A stretch of DNA of 53,828 nt from Candidatus Hermodarchaeota archaeon (GCA_048885865.1 JBHLLF010000007.1:62776-116603), one strand, 5' to 3'. Shown: positions 38,717 to 48,755, numbered from the stretch's first letter. The notes: generated by a model not told the origin, from the letters alone. Made by a program: numbers and translations.

Positions 38717-39625
38717 CTACTCCTTAACGACCTCTTGAATCATTTCATTCAATCGACGACTTCTTGGACCTCCGAATCCATCATGATACGACGCAACTAT
38801 CACCTTCACACGGTCGACAAAGTCCTGCTGACGTATCTCCCTCGCCTTGGAGTTCATCTCATTCAGGTCCTCGGCTGTAAAGAGACAGAAGATAGCTGGC
38901 TCTGAAACGGAGATGTACCACTCCCAGAGTGAATCAGGATACCTACTCATGAGCCATTCAATGACAGCATTGTAATCCGCAATCCGCTCGTTCCATGTCA
39001 CTCTTGCTAGAAAGGGTATGCTCCCGGCCTCCCCAAGTTCGAGATTAGCAGTGAATATGACACTCTCGCCTTCAACAAGCTCGCTAACAAGTCGCCTCAC
39101 GCGTCTTGCGGTCATGCCTGATTCCCGAGCAAGATCGACAATGCTCATCCTAGGATTATCTCGAAGATAGTATAGGACCTTGAGATGGTTTGTGGTCAAT
39201 TCGGTCTTTGTGCCTCTGGCTGTCACCAGTGTATGAAGCTCAACATCCTCAACTCCCTCAAGTGTTCTCAGATGCGAACCCAACTCCATAAGCTCGACAG
39301 TGTTGACGTACTCTGCAAGAAGAGCGTAATGGCCATCACTATATGCAGCGGCTGCAACCATGGATGGACTCTCGCCTATTTTATTCACGAAAGCCTCCTC
39401 ATCCTGAGACCCATCAGTCCGAAGCAAACCAAAGAGAAACTGGGCATCCAGCATTGCAAGTGATAGTCGGATTGAATAGCGCTGAATGACACCCGACTCC
39501 TCCAGTTTTTGGACCCTTTTTTTGACTGCATTAGCTGAGATCCCGTGATTTCGAGAGAGTTCCTCGTAGGTGATTCTGCAGTTGTCCAGCAAATCACCCA
39601 GAATGCCTTTGTCTATTAGGTCCAA
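38717..39625 (-). CDS. Tandem double Lrp/AsnC winged-helix regulator
   Basis: LDLIDKGIL..NCRITYEELSRNHGISANAVKKRV plus second HTH; GGTGA SD before TTG 39625; paralog of 11182-12114. Confidence 0.88.
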   Translation of the reverse strand: MDLIDKGILGDLLDNCRITYEELSRNHGISANAVKKRVQKLEESGVIQRYSIRLSLAMLDAQFLFGLLRTDGSQDEEAFVNKIGESPSMVAAAAYSDGHYALLAEYVNTVELMELGSHLRTLEGVEDVELHTLVTARGTKTELTTNHLKVLYYLRDNPRMSIVDLARESGMTARRVRRLVSELVEGESVIFTANLELGEAGSIPFLARVTWNERIADYNAVIEWLMSRYPDSLWEWYISVSEPAIFCLFTAEDLNEMNSKAREIRQQDFVDRVKVIVASYHDGFGGPRSRRLNEMIQEVVKE

Positions 39626-39766
39626 GATATTCACCGAAAGGAAATGCGATGCCTCTCGACTACAGAAGCTCACAAAAAGAGTTGTCTCTCAGCATATGTA
39701 GTTCTTTTGGATTTTCGCTAATTGTTGAGAACGTTGATTAGGCGGTTGGCTTTGGATTCGCATGTA

Positions 39767-40507
39767 ATGACAACTCTCGATATGGTCAAAGGAATCATTT
39801 TCGATCTTGATGACACACTCTATCGTTCTGACATATGGGTGTCCAATCTGACACGTAAATGGCTCGAAGAGCTCGGTTTCGATGAAATTGCATCCTGTTC
39901 GAACGAAAAACTGGAACAGGCGTTTGTAACTGCGAGAACTTGGATGAATGAATACATGATTTCGGAGGGAGTTCATTCAAAATGGTATCCGTCCCATGAG
40001 CTATGGGTGGAGTACGGAAAGAGAATGCTGAGTTCCCTTGGAGTGTCCACCGAACTCGATAGGTTAGCCAATGAGATAACTGAGAAATGGGAGGCGACAG
40101 TGGTACCGTGGCAATCCAGTCTCATTCCAGGATGTAAAGAAGTCTTGGAGGAACTTCATTCAAGAGGATACAAGTTGGGTCTAGCATCAAATCGCTGGGA
40201 AGATCCTTCGGGAATTCTGAAGCGGGACTCCATATTTGGCCTCTTTGAAGCTGTGGAACACTCAATGGTTCCAGGCTATAAGAAGCCGTCACCCTATATG
40301 CTACTGAAGATATCAAGACACATGGGTATTAATCCCATGAGATGCGCATTCATTGGAGACTTCGTAGAACTGGATGTTGAGGCTGCACACAGGGCTCAGA
40401 TGACTCCAATTCTGATAACTTGGGAGAGAAAAGGGGAGGCAACGAAGGCGCCTGCAGGACTATTGACCATTGATCACATCAGGACTCTTCTTAATCTCTT
40501 CAAATAG
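39767..40507 (+). CDS. HAD-superfamily hydrolase
   Basis: IIFDLDDTL, LASN, KKPSP, FIGD..LDV. Confidence 0.9.
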   Translation: MTTLDMVKGIIFDLDDTLYRSDIWVSNLTRKWLEELGFDEIASCSNEKLEQAFVTARTWMNEYMISEGVHSKWYPSHELWVEYGKRMLSSLGVSTELDRLANEITEKWEATVVPWQSSLIPGCKEVLEELHSRGYKLGLASNRWEDPSGILKRDSIFGLFEAVEHSMVPGYKKPSPYMLLKISRHMGINPMRCAFIGDFVELDVEAAHRAQMTPILITWERKGEATKAPAGLLTIDHIRTLLNLFK

Positions 40508-40519
40508 TGCGATTTGACG

Positions 40520-40760
40520 GCAAAGAAGAGAAAATGCGCAGATATTCCTCCTTTTTTAGGAATATGCCTATGATATTTGCGTGACCGTCCACGGTTCAAA
40601 GACGGTCCTGATAGCAAAAAGGCGCATTATTATCACCATTCCGAAATCTTCCTCCTTCTGATTCCGGATAAAAGGACTCTCCTTTCGAACCGTGGATTGG
40701 GTCACCCTGTGTATGACACAGCTCCTTTTGATGTTGTTGTTTTGTCTTTTTTTGATTGCT
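40520..40760 (-). ncRNA. Candidate structured ncRNA or structured small-peptide mRNA (unknown family)
   Basis: Nested helices found by hand; G-U pairs favour the minus strand; 3' hairpin plus U-rich tail. See findings. Confidence 0.5.
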
Positions 40761-40810
40761 ACACCAAAGATATGATTAAGGGAATTTCAAATCCATTGAC
40801 CAAGTGAAAT

Positions 40811-41263
40811 ATGGTGGAAGCACTCGAAGAGATCAAGTCTTGGTTATGGATTCCAAAATACTGGATTGTTGTGTATGCATCCCTTTTGATTGTCACAATA
40901 CTTGTAGGGGAATCCCATTATTGGTCCGTTTACCTCATGGGCGTCCCACTTGCCATAATCCCAATAACCTATCGGAATCTAGTCGGTGGTGGATGTAGTC
41001 TCAGATTCCAAATATGCGCATTGGTTAAGGGAATGTCGGCAGGAGTCATTTTCATGGTTCTTACATCAGCTGTGGACATGCTCGTTTGGAGCAGTCTGGT
41101 AGTGAATCTTGGCTGGAATCCATTGGCAAACATGACTTATGCCTCCTTAATCTATCAGATCTGGTTTCTGAGCGGTATTGTTGGAGGATTTGCAGCCAGA
41201 ATTGTGGAAGTAAGAAGCTTTTCAGACCCCCAGAGCTCAATCACAATTTCAGGTTTTGAATAA
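40811..41263 (+). CDS. Hypothetical membrane protein
   Basis: About four TMs; GGGCSLRFQICA loop. Confidence 0.78.
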   Translation: MVEALEEIKSWLWIPKYWIVVYASLLIVTILVGESHYWSVYLMGVPLAIIPITYRNLVGGGCSLRFQICALVKGMSAGVIFMVLTSAVDMLVWSSLVVNLGWNPLANMTYASLIYQIWFLSGIVGGFAARIVEVRSFSDPQSSITISGFE

Positions 41264-41353
41264 TGGAGAATGTATAGCTGAGATATGTATGCTGGCGGAC
41301 CTTGAAAGCCTACATATCTATTTATAGCCGCGATGCAAATGATGGGTATCCAT

Positions 41354-41587
41354 ATGGAGATGAATCTTATGGGCAAAGGAATGGCACTTCTTGGATTGAT
41401 CCTGATAATATTCGGGCTTCTACCAATAATCTTTCAACTAATTGGGTTCAGTTATCCAATGATTACTGACCTATTCACTATGCTCAATCTCTACTCGATT
41501 GAGCTTGCAGGATATGTTTTCACAGAGATTATGTTGATCCTGATAGTATTGGGCGTCCTACTCCTAATCATTGGTGCTACCAGATAG
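41354..41587 (+). CDS. Small two-TM membrane protein
   Basis: TTTATA at ~41321; hydrophobic ORF; downstream hairpin. Confidence 0.72.
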   Translation: MEMNLMGKGMALLGLILIIFGLLPIIFQLIGFSYPMITDLFTMLNLYSIELAGYVFTEIMLILIVLGVLLLIIGATR

Positions 41588-41613
41588 CACAGATACATCA
41601 AGGTCAAAGCAGA

Positions 41614-41644
41614 CCCGTTTACGACTAGAGACGCCGTAAACGGG
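41614..41644 (+). terminator. Perfect 10-bp hairpin
   Basis: CCCGTTTACG...CGTAAACGGG. Confidence 0.6.
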
Positions 41645-41758
41645 CGCTATAGGCCATATGGACAGAGGACTTTATCATTAATCGGTTTCTCATTTCACCG
41701 TCTTTCGCAGTCTGATTCATATACAGCAATAGTGGCATGATACAGAGGGGGTCTTCCT

Positions 41759-42943
41759 TTGAAGCAATTGTCAGTGGAACAGATCCGTCTGAATCATTTG
41801 AGAAAACAGCATGCCTTTGATAGGGAGCGCCCGGATTTCTATGAAATTGCAGGAACTCAATTGGGCTTGCATTCTACAGATTATTGGACCCCATATCTGT
41901 CTGTCTGGGCAAGAATAGGAGATTATGATGCAGAGGCCATATTCAGGTCTTTGAATAGCGGTGACCGCCTGTTAAGGCTCAATGCTTTCAGAGCAACGGT
42001 TCATGTTGTACACTCTGACAATCTCTCGCTTGTGATACTTGCCACCAAATCTGCATTCTACAAAAAGATGCGGCAGCACCCAGACATCAAGCAACTTAGT
42101 GATAAGGAGATCAATTCATTGATGGAAGTCGTCCTTGCCACTCTGAAGGACGGGCCAAAGACAATGCGGGAAATCAAGAAATCGGTATCCCAATACGCGA
42201 AACAGATACGCCCTCTATTTCATTTAGCAGCGACATCTGGCAGAGTAGTCCGGGCCACTGCCAGTCATGCACGGAGTTCCACAACAGCCTACGCACTTCT
42301 GGAGAAATGGGTCAAAGGATTTAGACTGGAGGACATGCCAGAAGACAAGGCAGTCAACCTGATGATTCAAAGATACATCGACAGATTTGGCCCGGTGTCA
42401 GTCGATGACATTTCATGGTGGCTCTCAATTACAAAGACAAGAGCTAGGACTGCAGTTGAAGCCCTCAAGAATGAAGTTGTGGAAGTAGATGTGGGAGGAG
42501 CACATAAGATGATGACATCAGACGACCTCGAGTTTGCTGCCTCGCTTGAAGCCCCATCAGATCCAGTCATATGGCTGCTTCCTTATGAGGATCATCTGCC
42601 AAAATCATCCATTGAGCGTTCATGGTATCTCAGTGAGCAGATGAAGTCCTACGTCTTTCCAAAGCTGAGGGAGCATTATTGGCCGCCAGAGTGCCTTCCT
42701 CCACCTTCCGATGTGAAGGTGACTGGGGCTACAAATGCATCAGGCGAAATCAGACCAACTATATGGGTCAATGGAGAGGTCGTGGGCCGCTGGGAGTTTG
42801 AAAGTGAGAAGGAAAATTACGTCGTCAGCTACCGAATTTTGGAAAAAGTCCATGCTAAGTATGATAATATAATTTCAGAACGAGCGAGAGAGCTGGAAGA
42901 CTTTGTGAACGCACGATTGGTCCCGATATCAAGAGCGAAGTAA
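41759..42943 (+). CDS. AlkZ/YcaQ-like (HTH_42) winged-helix DNA glycosylase
   Basis: GLHSTD..PYLSVWARI, RATVHVV, YIDRFGPVSVDDISWW, LLPYED, PTIWVNGEVVGRW. Confidence 0.85.
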   Translation: MKQLSVEQIRLNHLRKQHAFDRERPDFYEIAGTQLGLHSTDYWTPYLSVWARIGDYDAEAIFRSLNSGDRLLRLNAFRATVHVVHSDNLSLVILATKSAFYKKMRQHPDIKQLSDKEINSLMEVVLATLKDGPKTMREIKKSVSQYAKQIRPLFHLAATSGRVVRATASHARSSTTAYALLEKWVKGFRLEDMPEDKAVNLMIQRYIDRFGPVSVDDISWWLSITKTRARTAVEALKNEVVEVDVGGAHKMMTSDDLEFAASLEAPSDPVIWLLPYEDHLPKSSIERSWYLSEQMKSYVFPKLREHYWPPECLPPPSDVKVTGATNASGEIRPTIWVNGEVVGRWEFESEKENYVVSYRILEKVHAKYDNIISERARELEDFVNARLVPISRAK

Positions 42944-43002
42944 TCGCAACCGTGTGCAAAGTCAGAGGTTAGCACGTCAATATCCACTCTCTCGAGGCGA
43001 AC

Positions 43003-46000
43003 GTGATGAGGAAAGGCAAGCATGCAGTCATCGGACTTCTTGTGATATTATTGATAGGCCTACTTGGGACTGTCAATAAAGGTATAATGCCAAAGGCAGG
43101 AAGTGATTCTCTGTTCGTTTCACCGTCAAATGAAGCTCAACAAGGCCTCACGAGAACGGACCAGACAGAGAGAATGGAACGAATCGATGCGTTCACGATT
43201 TCGGCAACTCCTAATGAAGGAGTGCTTGATCCTATTAGAATTAAGCAATCAGGCTATCAAACCACTGAGGGAAAGAGAGGGAGAACTGATACCGGTTCAA
43301 ATACACAAAGCAATATCGCTATTGATGATGCAAATGGCTGGTTTATGAATTCAACTAGTATCGATGTCTGGAACCTCCAACGGCTATATGGACTCAATGG
43401 AACATTCGATGCTGGAACCGATCCGTGGACTAATTATACTCTGGGTGGTGGAGGCTCATCCATACAACTCGCTTCCTACAATTCTACTGGAAAATACATT
43501 GAATGTACAGACGTAGCGGAGTGGGGTAATCATCCTCCCTATGGCCAAACCTACAAGCATTTTCCCGGAGAGATTGGATTTAGTCAGGTGATTTACAATG
43601 TACCATCTGTTTCTGATTTCAAGTTAGAATTCGATTATCGTTATGCTGCGGGACCCCTCGATCCACAAGACAATGATTCATTGAGTGATATTGGAGTCTT
43701 TTGGCAATTGGAAAAAGATCTGGCTATCGTTGAGGCATGGTATACTCAAATACAATTACTGGATTCACACGACGGATGGTATCATATATCACATGTGTTC
43801 GATCCAATTGATCCAGGATGGAGTGATTTCGCTATTTCTCTGGGATTATATTTTCCCAGCAATGTCATCGTTGACAACGCAACGGATTATGACGACGACT
43901 CTGCAGGAGACTACGATGGCTTGGAGAACATGCAAAATGTCACTCTGCAGTTAGACAACATTGTGTTCACAAGTATTGCAGCCCCTACTCCAGAGGAGGT
44001 CGAACTGACATTCCATGCCGGTTCATTCTCTTCTCCGATTTCAAATGGGGGAACAGCATCAATTTCCAATCCAAGCTTTTGGACTACAAATCCTTTGCAG
44101 GTGGAGGTGACCTCGAATACAAGTGTCATCTTTTCCTACACCGTCACTTCATTCTTTCACAGGTATATCAACTCTTCATGGACCACTGACCTATCAGAGC
44201 AAGGTGTTCAATATTCAGTAGCAGCAGGACAGAGTTCAGATTTGTCGCTCTTCACGTATATGACAGGGTCAGTGGAGTATGACGGGGCCACAGTAGACTT
44301 GTTATATCCCACTGATTGGGAGAACGTGACCATCCTGGACCCACTGACCAATGATATCACGAGTCTGTGTAGTGTTTCACCTGGAATTATCCATATACCA
44401 ACCAGCGAAACCGATAGAAGTGGATGGTGGGAAATCAATCTTCAGGCACCCAACTATGCCCAGAATGTATCAATTCAAGTTCAGGATGGAGGCACAGGAC
44501 AGTGGTCTGAGAGTTCTCTGTTTAAGCCAGGGAACACCACGAGGGCCCAGGTTGAGATTGGCACGGCTGCAGGAAGTCCCACAGATGGTAGTCCCGTTAA
44601 CATCACATGGATACTCCCCAACTCCACTCAGTGGGCGTATGATTCAGTCAACACCATGATCAATGGATTTGTCAACAGCTCGCATTGGACATTGGGAGGA
44701 GCCAATACATCAGCAGGTCAATGGGAAGTCACTGCATTATGGTCAAATGGCACAGAGGTTGCTTATGATTATGCAGTCTTCGATATGTATCACACTGCAA
44801 GCCTTACTCCTCGGGAAACCTTGGTGAACACCGATACAGGTTTGCTAATCACCAATATGCTATATTATATGGATGATGACACATCCGATTTCATTCTTGA
44901 CGCGTCCGCACTGGTGGTAGGAAACTGGTCAAGTATGTTCGTAAACTTCCTTGCCAATCCAGTATTCAATTGGTGGCAAGCAGACTTTGACACGAATCTT
45001 GTGGGTGCCGGCGAGTTTGTTGTGATAGTAAATGCCTCCAGGCCATACTACGATGATGTAAGCTGTCAATTCACAATAGTATCAACACTTCGAACCAATT
45101 TCGAATTGACCTCGGTCGGGCCACTGCCTACTGAAGTGGGTCTCTATCAGGAATTTTCTGTGGAGATGCGCTATGAGCTAAAGTCTGGTGCGGGCGTCGA
45201 TGGAGCCACAATCCAGATGAACTATACAGGTCCACAGGGAGGCCTTCAGCTACTTGGGCAAAGTACTACTGGACCTGGAGACTATTCAATTAATATCACA
45301 AGCTCGAAATCAGGTACATATACAGTAATCATTACAGCATCGAAGGCTTTCCACTATAGCAATTCGGACTCATTCACCCTCATAGTTGGAGAGGTTGGTA
45401 CTATCTTAATCTCTCTGAACGGCACCTCCGATGTATCACAGATGGGAGAGCCGTATAGACTGGTTGTTCAATACCGAAACAGTACCGGCTACGGCCTTGC
45501 CGGAGCAAATGTCAGTGTGACAAGCATAAATCCTGCTTCGGGCTTGAATGCCGGACTCTCTACCGACGAGGGGAATGGCTACTACTCAATCGTTCTGACC
45601 TCATCAACAGCACGAACATATACTCTCTTCATCAATGCAAACATGACAAATCATGTTTCCCGAATCATAGCATTCACAATAACGGTGATTGAGATTCCTA
45701 CCGTACTTACAGCAGATAGTGCAGGCACTACATTGTCTGTCGGAGATAGCCAATCAGTGGAGCTTTCATTCAGGGATGAGAGCTCTACAGGCATACCCGG
45801 GGCTACTATCAGTGTGCTGAATCCACCCGCAGGATTATCCTTCCAGATAGCGGAGCTATCTGGCGGTCTATACAATGTTACTATCACTCCACTTGCACCT
45901 GGGACATATCAGATAGCTCTCAAGGCAAGTAAGACTAACTACCTCAATTCAACCCTAGGCTATACTATAATCGTGAGAGGGTTTGCCACTGTCCTGGTTT

Positions 46001-48747
46001 CTATGAACGGCACCTCTGATGTATCACAATTAGGAGCGCCCTATAGATACGTTGTTCAGTACCGAAATGGTACCGGTTATGGCCTTGCTGGGGCAAATGT
46101 CAGCGTGATAGGCATAAATCCCTCTTCGGGCCTGATTGCTGGACTGTTTTTCGATGAAGGAAGCGGCTACTACTCAGTCGTTCTCACGTCGTCAGCAGCT
46201 CAAACCTACACAATCTTCATCAACGCGAATATGACAGATCATGTTACGCAAACCACAGCATTCACAATAACGGTAAATGAGATTCCTACCATACTTACAG
46301 CAGATAGTGCAGGCGCTACGTTGTCTGTGGGTGACAGTCAATCGATAGAGCTGTCATTCAGAGACGAGAGCTCTACAGGGATAGTTGGAGCATCCATTAG
46401 TGTGCTGATTCCGCCTGCGGGGTTATTCTTCGAGATTTCAGAGCTGTCTGGCGGTCTCTACAATGTGACTATTACTGCTATAACACCTGGAACCTATCAG
46501 ATGGCCTTCAAGGCAAGCAAGACAAACTATCTCAATTCAACCCTAGGCTATACAGTAATCGTGAGAGGGTTTGGATCCAATCTGATTAGGCTCAATGGGA
46601 CCGCTGATTTCGCCTATTTTGGCGACACCTACAGATTAGTAGTTCAGTTCACTAATACAACCGGTTTCGGATTGGGTGGGGCAAGTGTTTCGGTCATTGA
46701 TGTGGTCCCTGCTGCCGGACTAGGAATCGCAGACGCAGTCGATGAAGGGTCAGGATTTTACTCAATTGATATCACTGCATCATCAGCGGGGATTTTCACC
46801 ATTCTACTCAGAGCGAATCTTACAGACTATGACACACAGTTTGCATCCTTTGGACTCACCGTGCGGGAGATACCCACCATTCTGACGCTCGACACCTCTG
46901 GGGCGACCATTTCAGTTGATCAGAGCCATGATGTTCAAGTCACATTCAGAGATGATGCATTGAATGGACTGATAGGTGCGACAATACTGGTACTGCATCC
47001 TCCATCTGGATTAGCTAATGTAGTTGTCGAGGGTTCTGGTGGACAATACACAATCACACTAACACCCTCAGTCATCGGGACTTATGAGTTTGCTATTCGT
47101 GCCACACTTCTCAACTACCTGAATTCAACAGTAGGTTTCACTCTTGTTGTAAGATCAGTCCCCACCGAACTGAGAATTGTTGAGGAACTTGAATCAGACT
47201 CAATCTACTTCACTGATGAATACAACCTCACACTACTCTACGTCAGAACTGATACAGGGCAAAATGTGAGTTCTGCAGACCTTACAATTACCACGTTGCC
47301 CGCAGAAGGTCTGACCGTGTTGGTGTCACAAATAGGGGACCTATACTTCCTTGGATTTGAGGCCCAATCAATTGGCAAATGGCAGGTATTCTTCACAGCA
47401 AACAAAACAGACCATGTTATTGGATTCATCGAGTTTGAGCTAGAGGTGCTTCCTGTAGCCATAGAGATTGATATATTCAGAGGACTGAGTGCAGTCGAAG
47501 GATCACAGATCACGCTGAGTCTTTGGCTCACTGAGTCCGTCACAGGTGATCCTGTTACTGGTGCAACTGTCGAATATCAGCTCATTAGCGAAACAGGACC
47601 TGGGGAGATACAGCCTATGAGTGAAACAGAACCAGGCCTCTACTCAGCTTCATTCCAGATGCCTAGTTACGAGTCCACCACATATGTGAGAATCTATGTC
47701 GCTATTGAGAACTATGAAATTGATGCAGATTACTATGAAGCCCAACTTGAGCCGCTACTTAGTGAGATTGAAGCCTTGAATAGGACCATCACCCGATACT
47801 CACCCTTTATTGCAATCATGGGAGTTGTAGCCATCGGTGTAGCAGGCCGGAGAGCGTATACAAGAAGGCAGCGGAGGCGCTACATAGAAGCGATGGTGGT
47901 CAAGCGCCGATTCGATGATGTCAAGAGCCTCCTCGGTGTCATTGTACTACACAAGAACACTGGAATTCCCATTTACTCAAAGATGCTGAAGGAAGGACTT
48001 GACGAGCTACTCTTGTCAGGTTTTGTGAGTGCCATTAGCACTTTTAGGAATGAGTTCAACGTTAGCCAAGAGAATTGGGTTGTAACACCAATCTCTGATA
48101 TCATAAGGACTGTTGCTACTGAAAATCTACTGTGTGCCTTCATATCTTTAGCACCACCCTCAAAGGGGCAGGAGCTAAGAATGGTGGAGTTTGCAGAGGC
48201 CATAGGATTCGTCTTTGATCATATGTATCCCGAGGTCCCATTGACGGTTCTTGAACCCGAAACAGAAGCGCAGTTTAATGCGTTCTTTGATGACATCATG
48301 GATGGACGCTTTCTTCGTGACTACACAGTTTCGGAGGGCAAGACATTCCCACGAAAGACCAAGTGCATAGAGGAACGCATTCATCGGATTGATGATGAGG
48401 ACGGCTTTGACCTTGAGGAACTTGCCAAAGAAATGACCTCTTGTGGTTTCGAAGAGGCCCGTGTCTATACAATAATCATGGATGCCATCGAAATGGGAAA
48501 TCTTGCCTTGGCATCGATTGATGAAGTCAGAGCTGATGCTACGCCTCCTCCTGCAGAAGAACCAAAGATGGAGGAAGTGGAACCTGATATAGTGGAAGCG
48601 GATCCAGAGCCTGAAGTCGTCGAACCGCCAACCATTAAGGTGGTAAGAATCGACGAGCCAGTTTCTGAAAAGTCTGATGAAGAAAAATTCTTGGAAGATG
48701 TAGAGAGCCTTCTGAGTAAGGAGAACGAAGAAGAGAAAGAGGAATAG
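43003..48747 (+). CDS. Giant single-pass surface protein: Ig-like repeats, TM, cytoplasmic longin-like domain, acidic tail
   Basis: Signal peptide; many NxS/T sequons; GxYxxxxxA Ig repeats; TM followed by RRAYTRRQRRR; VIVLHKNTGIPIY..LLSGFVSAISTF. Confidence 0.85.
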   Translation: MMRKGKHAVIGLLVILLIGLLGTVNKGIMPKAGSDSLFVSPSNEAQQGLTRTDQTERMERIDAFTISATPNEGVLDPIRIKQSGYQTTEGKRGRTDTGSNTQSNIAIDDANGWFMNSTSIDVWNLQRLYGLNGTFDAGTDPWTNYTLGGGGSSIQLASYNSTGKYIECTDVAEWGNHPPYGQTYKHFPGEIGFSQVIYNVPSVSDFKLEFDYRYAAGPLDPQDNDSLSDIGVFWQLEKDLAIVEAWYTQIQLLDSHDGWYHISHVFDPIDPGWSDFAISLGLYFPSNVIVDNATDYDDDSAGDYDGLENMQNVTLQLDNIVFTSIAAPTPEEVELTFHAGSFSSPISNGGTASISNPSFWTTNPLQVEVTSNTSVIFSYTVTSFFHRYINSSWTTDLSEQGVQYSVAAGQSSDLSLFTYMTGSVEYDGATVDLLYPTDWENVTILDPLTNDITSLCSVSPGIIHIPTSETDRSGWWEINLQAPNYAQNVSIQVQDGGTGQWSESSLFKPGNTTRAQVEIGTAAGSPTDGSPVNITWILPNSTQWAYDSVNTMINGFVNSSHWTLGGANTSAGQWEVTALWSNGTEVAYDYAVFDMYHTASLTPRETLVNTDTGLLITNMLYYMDDDTSDFILDASALVVGNWSSMFVNFLANPVFNWWQADFDTNLVGAGEFVVIVNASRPYYDDVSCQFTIVSTLRTNFELTSVGPLPTEVGLYQEFSVEMRYELKSGAGVDGATIQMNYTGPQGGLQLLGQSTTGPGDYSINITSSKSGTYTVIITASKAFHYSNSDSFTLIVGEVGTILISLNGTSDVSQMGEPYRLVVQYRNSTGYGLAGANVSVTSINPASGLNAGLSTDEGNGYYSIVLTSSTARTYTLFINANMTNHVSRIIAFTITVIEIPTVLTADSAGTTLSVGDSQSVELSFRDESSTGIPGATISVLNPPAGLSFQIAELSGGLYNVTITPLAPGTYQIALKASKTNYLNSTLGYTIIVRGFATVLVSMNGTSDVSQLGAPYRYVVQYRNGTGYGLAGANVSVIGINPSSGLIAGLFFDEGSGYYSVVLTSSAAQTYTIFINANMTDHVTQTTAFTITVNEIPTILTADSAGATLSVGDSQSIELSFRDESSTGIVGASISVLIPPAGLFFEISELSGGLYNVTITAITPGTYQMAFKASKTNYLNSTLGYTVIVRGFGSNLIRLNGTADFAYFGDTYRLVVQFTNTTGFGLGGASVSVIDVVPAAGLGIADAVDEGSGFYSIDITASSAGIFTILLRANLTDYDTQFASFGLTVREIPTILTLDTSGATISVDQSHDVQVTFRDDALNGLIGATILVLHPPSGLANVVVEGSGGQYTITLTPSVIGTYEFAIRATLLNYLNSTVGFTLVVRSVPTELRIVEELESDSIYFTDEYNLTLLYVRTDTGQNVSSADLTITTLPAEGLTVLVSQIGDLYFLGFEAQSIGKWQVFFTANKTDHVIGFIEFELEVLPVAIEIDIFRGLSAVEGSQITLSLWLTESVTGDPVTGATVEYQLISETGPGEIQPMSETEPGLYSASFQMPSYESTTYVRIYVAIENYEIDADYYEAQLEPLLSEIEALNRTITRYSPFIAIMGVVAIGVAGRRAYTRRQRRRYIEAMVVKRRFDDVKSLLGVIVLHKNTGIPIYSKMLKEGLDELLLSGFVSAISTFRNEFNVSQENWVVTPISDIIRTVATENLLCAFISLAPPSKGQELRMVEFAEAIGFVFDHMYPEVPLTVLEPETEAQFNAFFDDIMDGRFLRDYTVSEGKTFPRKTKCIEERIHRIDDEDGFDLEELAKEMTSCGFEEARVYTIIMDAIEMGNLALASIDEVRADATPPPAEEPKMEEVEPDIVEADPEPEVVEPPTIKVVRIDEPVSEKSDEEKFLEDVESLLSKENEEEKEE
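45410..47170 (+). repeat. Three tandem 588-nt (196-aa, two Ig domain) intragenic units
   Basis: NGTSDVSQ / NGTSDVSQ / NGTADFAY, with the Gly codon at 45421, 46009 and 46597; units 1 and 2 are highly similar at nucleotide level. Confidence 0.85.
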
Positions 48748-48755
48748 ATGACTCC

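Noticed and set aside
40581-40705. tRNA or SRP RNA
   Set aside because: GGTTCGAA resembles a T-loop but no cloverleaf can be drawn; the SRP helix-8 motif is absent.
40577-40807. 76-aa plus-strand ORF from the ORF track
   Set aside because: No SD or recognisable features; it runs through a T-rich tract and the next promoter; better explained by the RNA structure.
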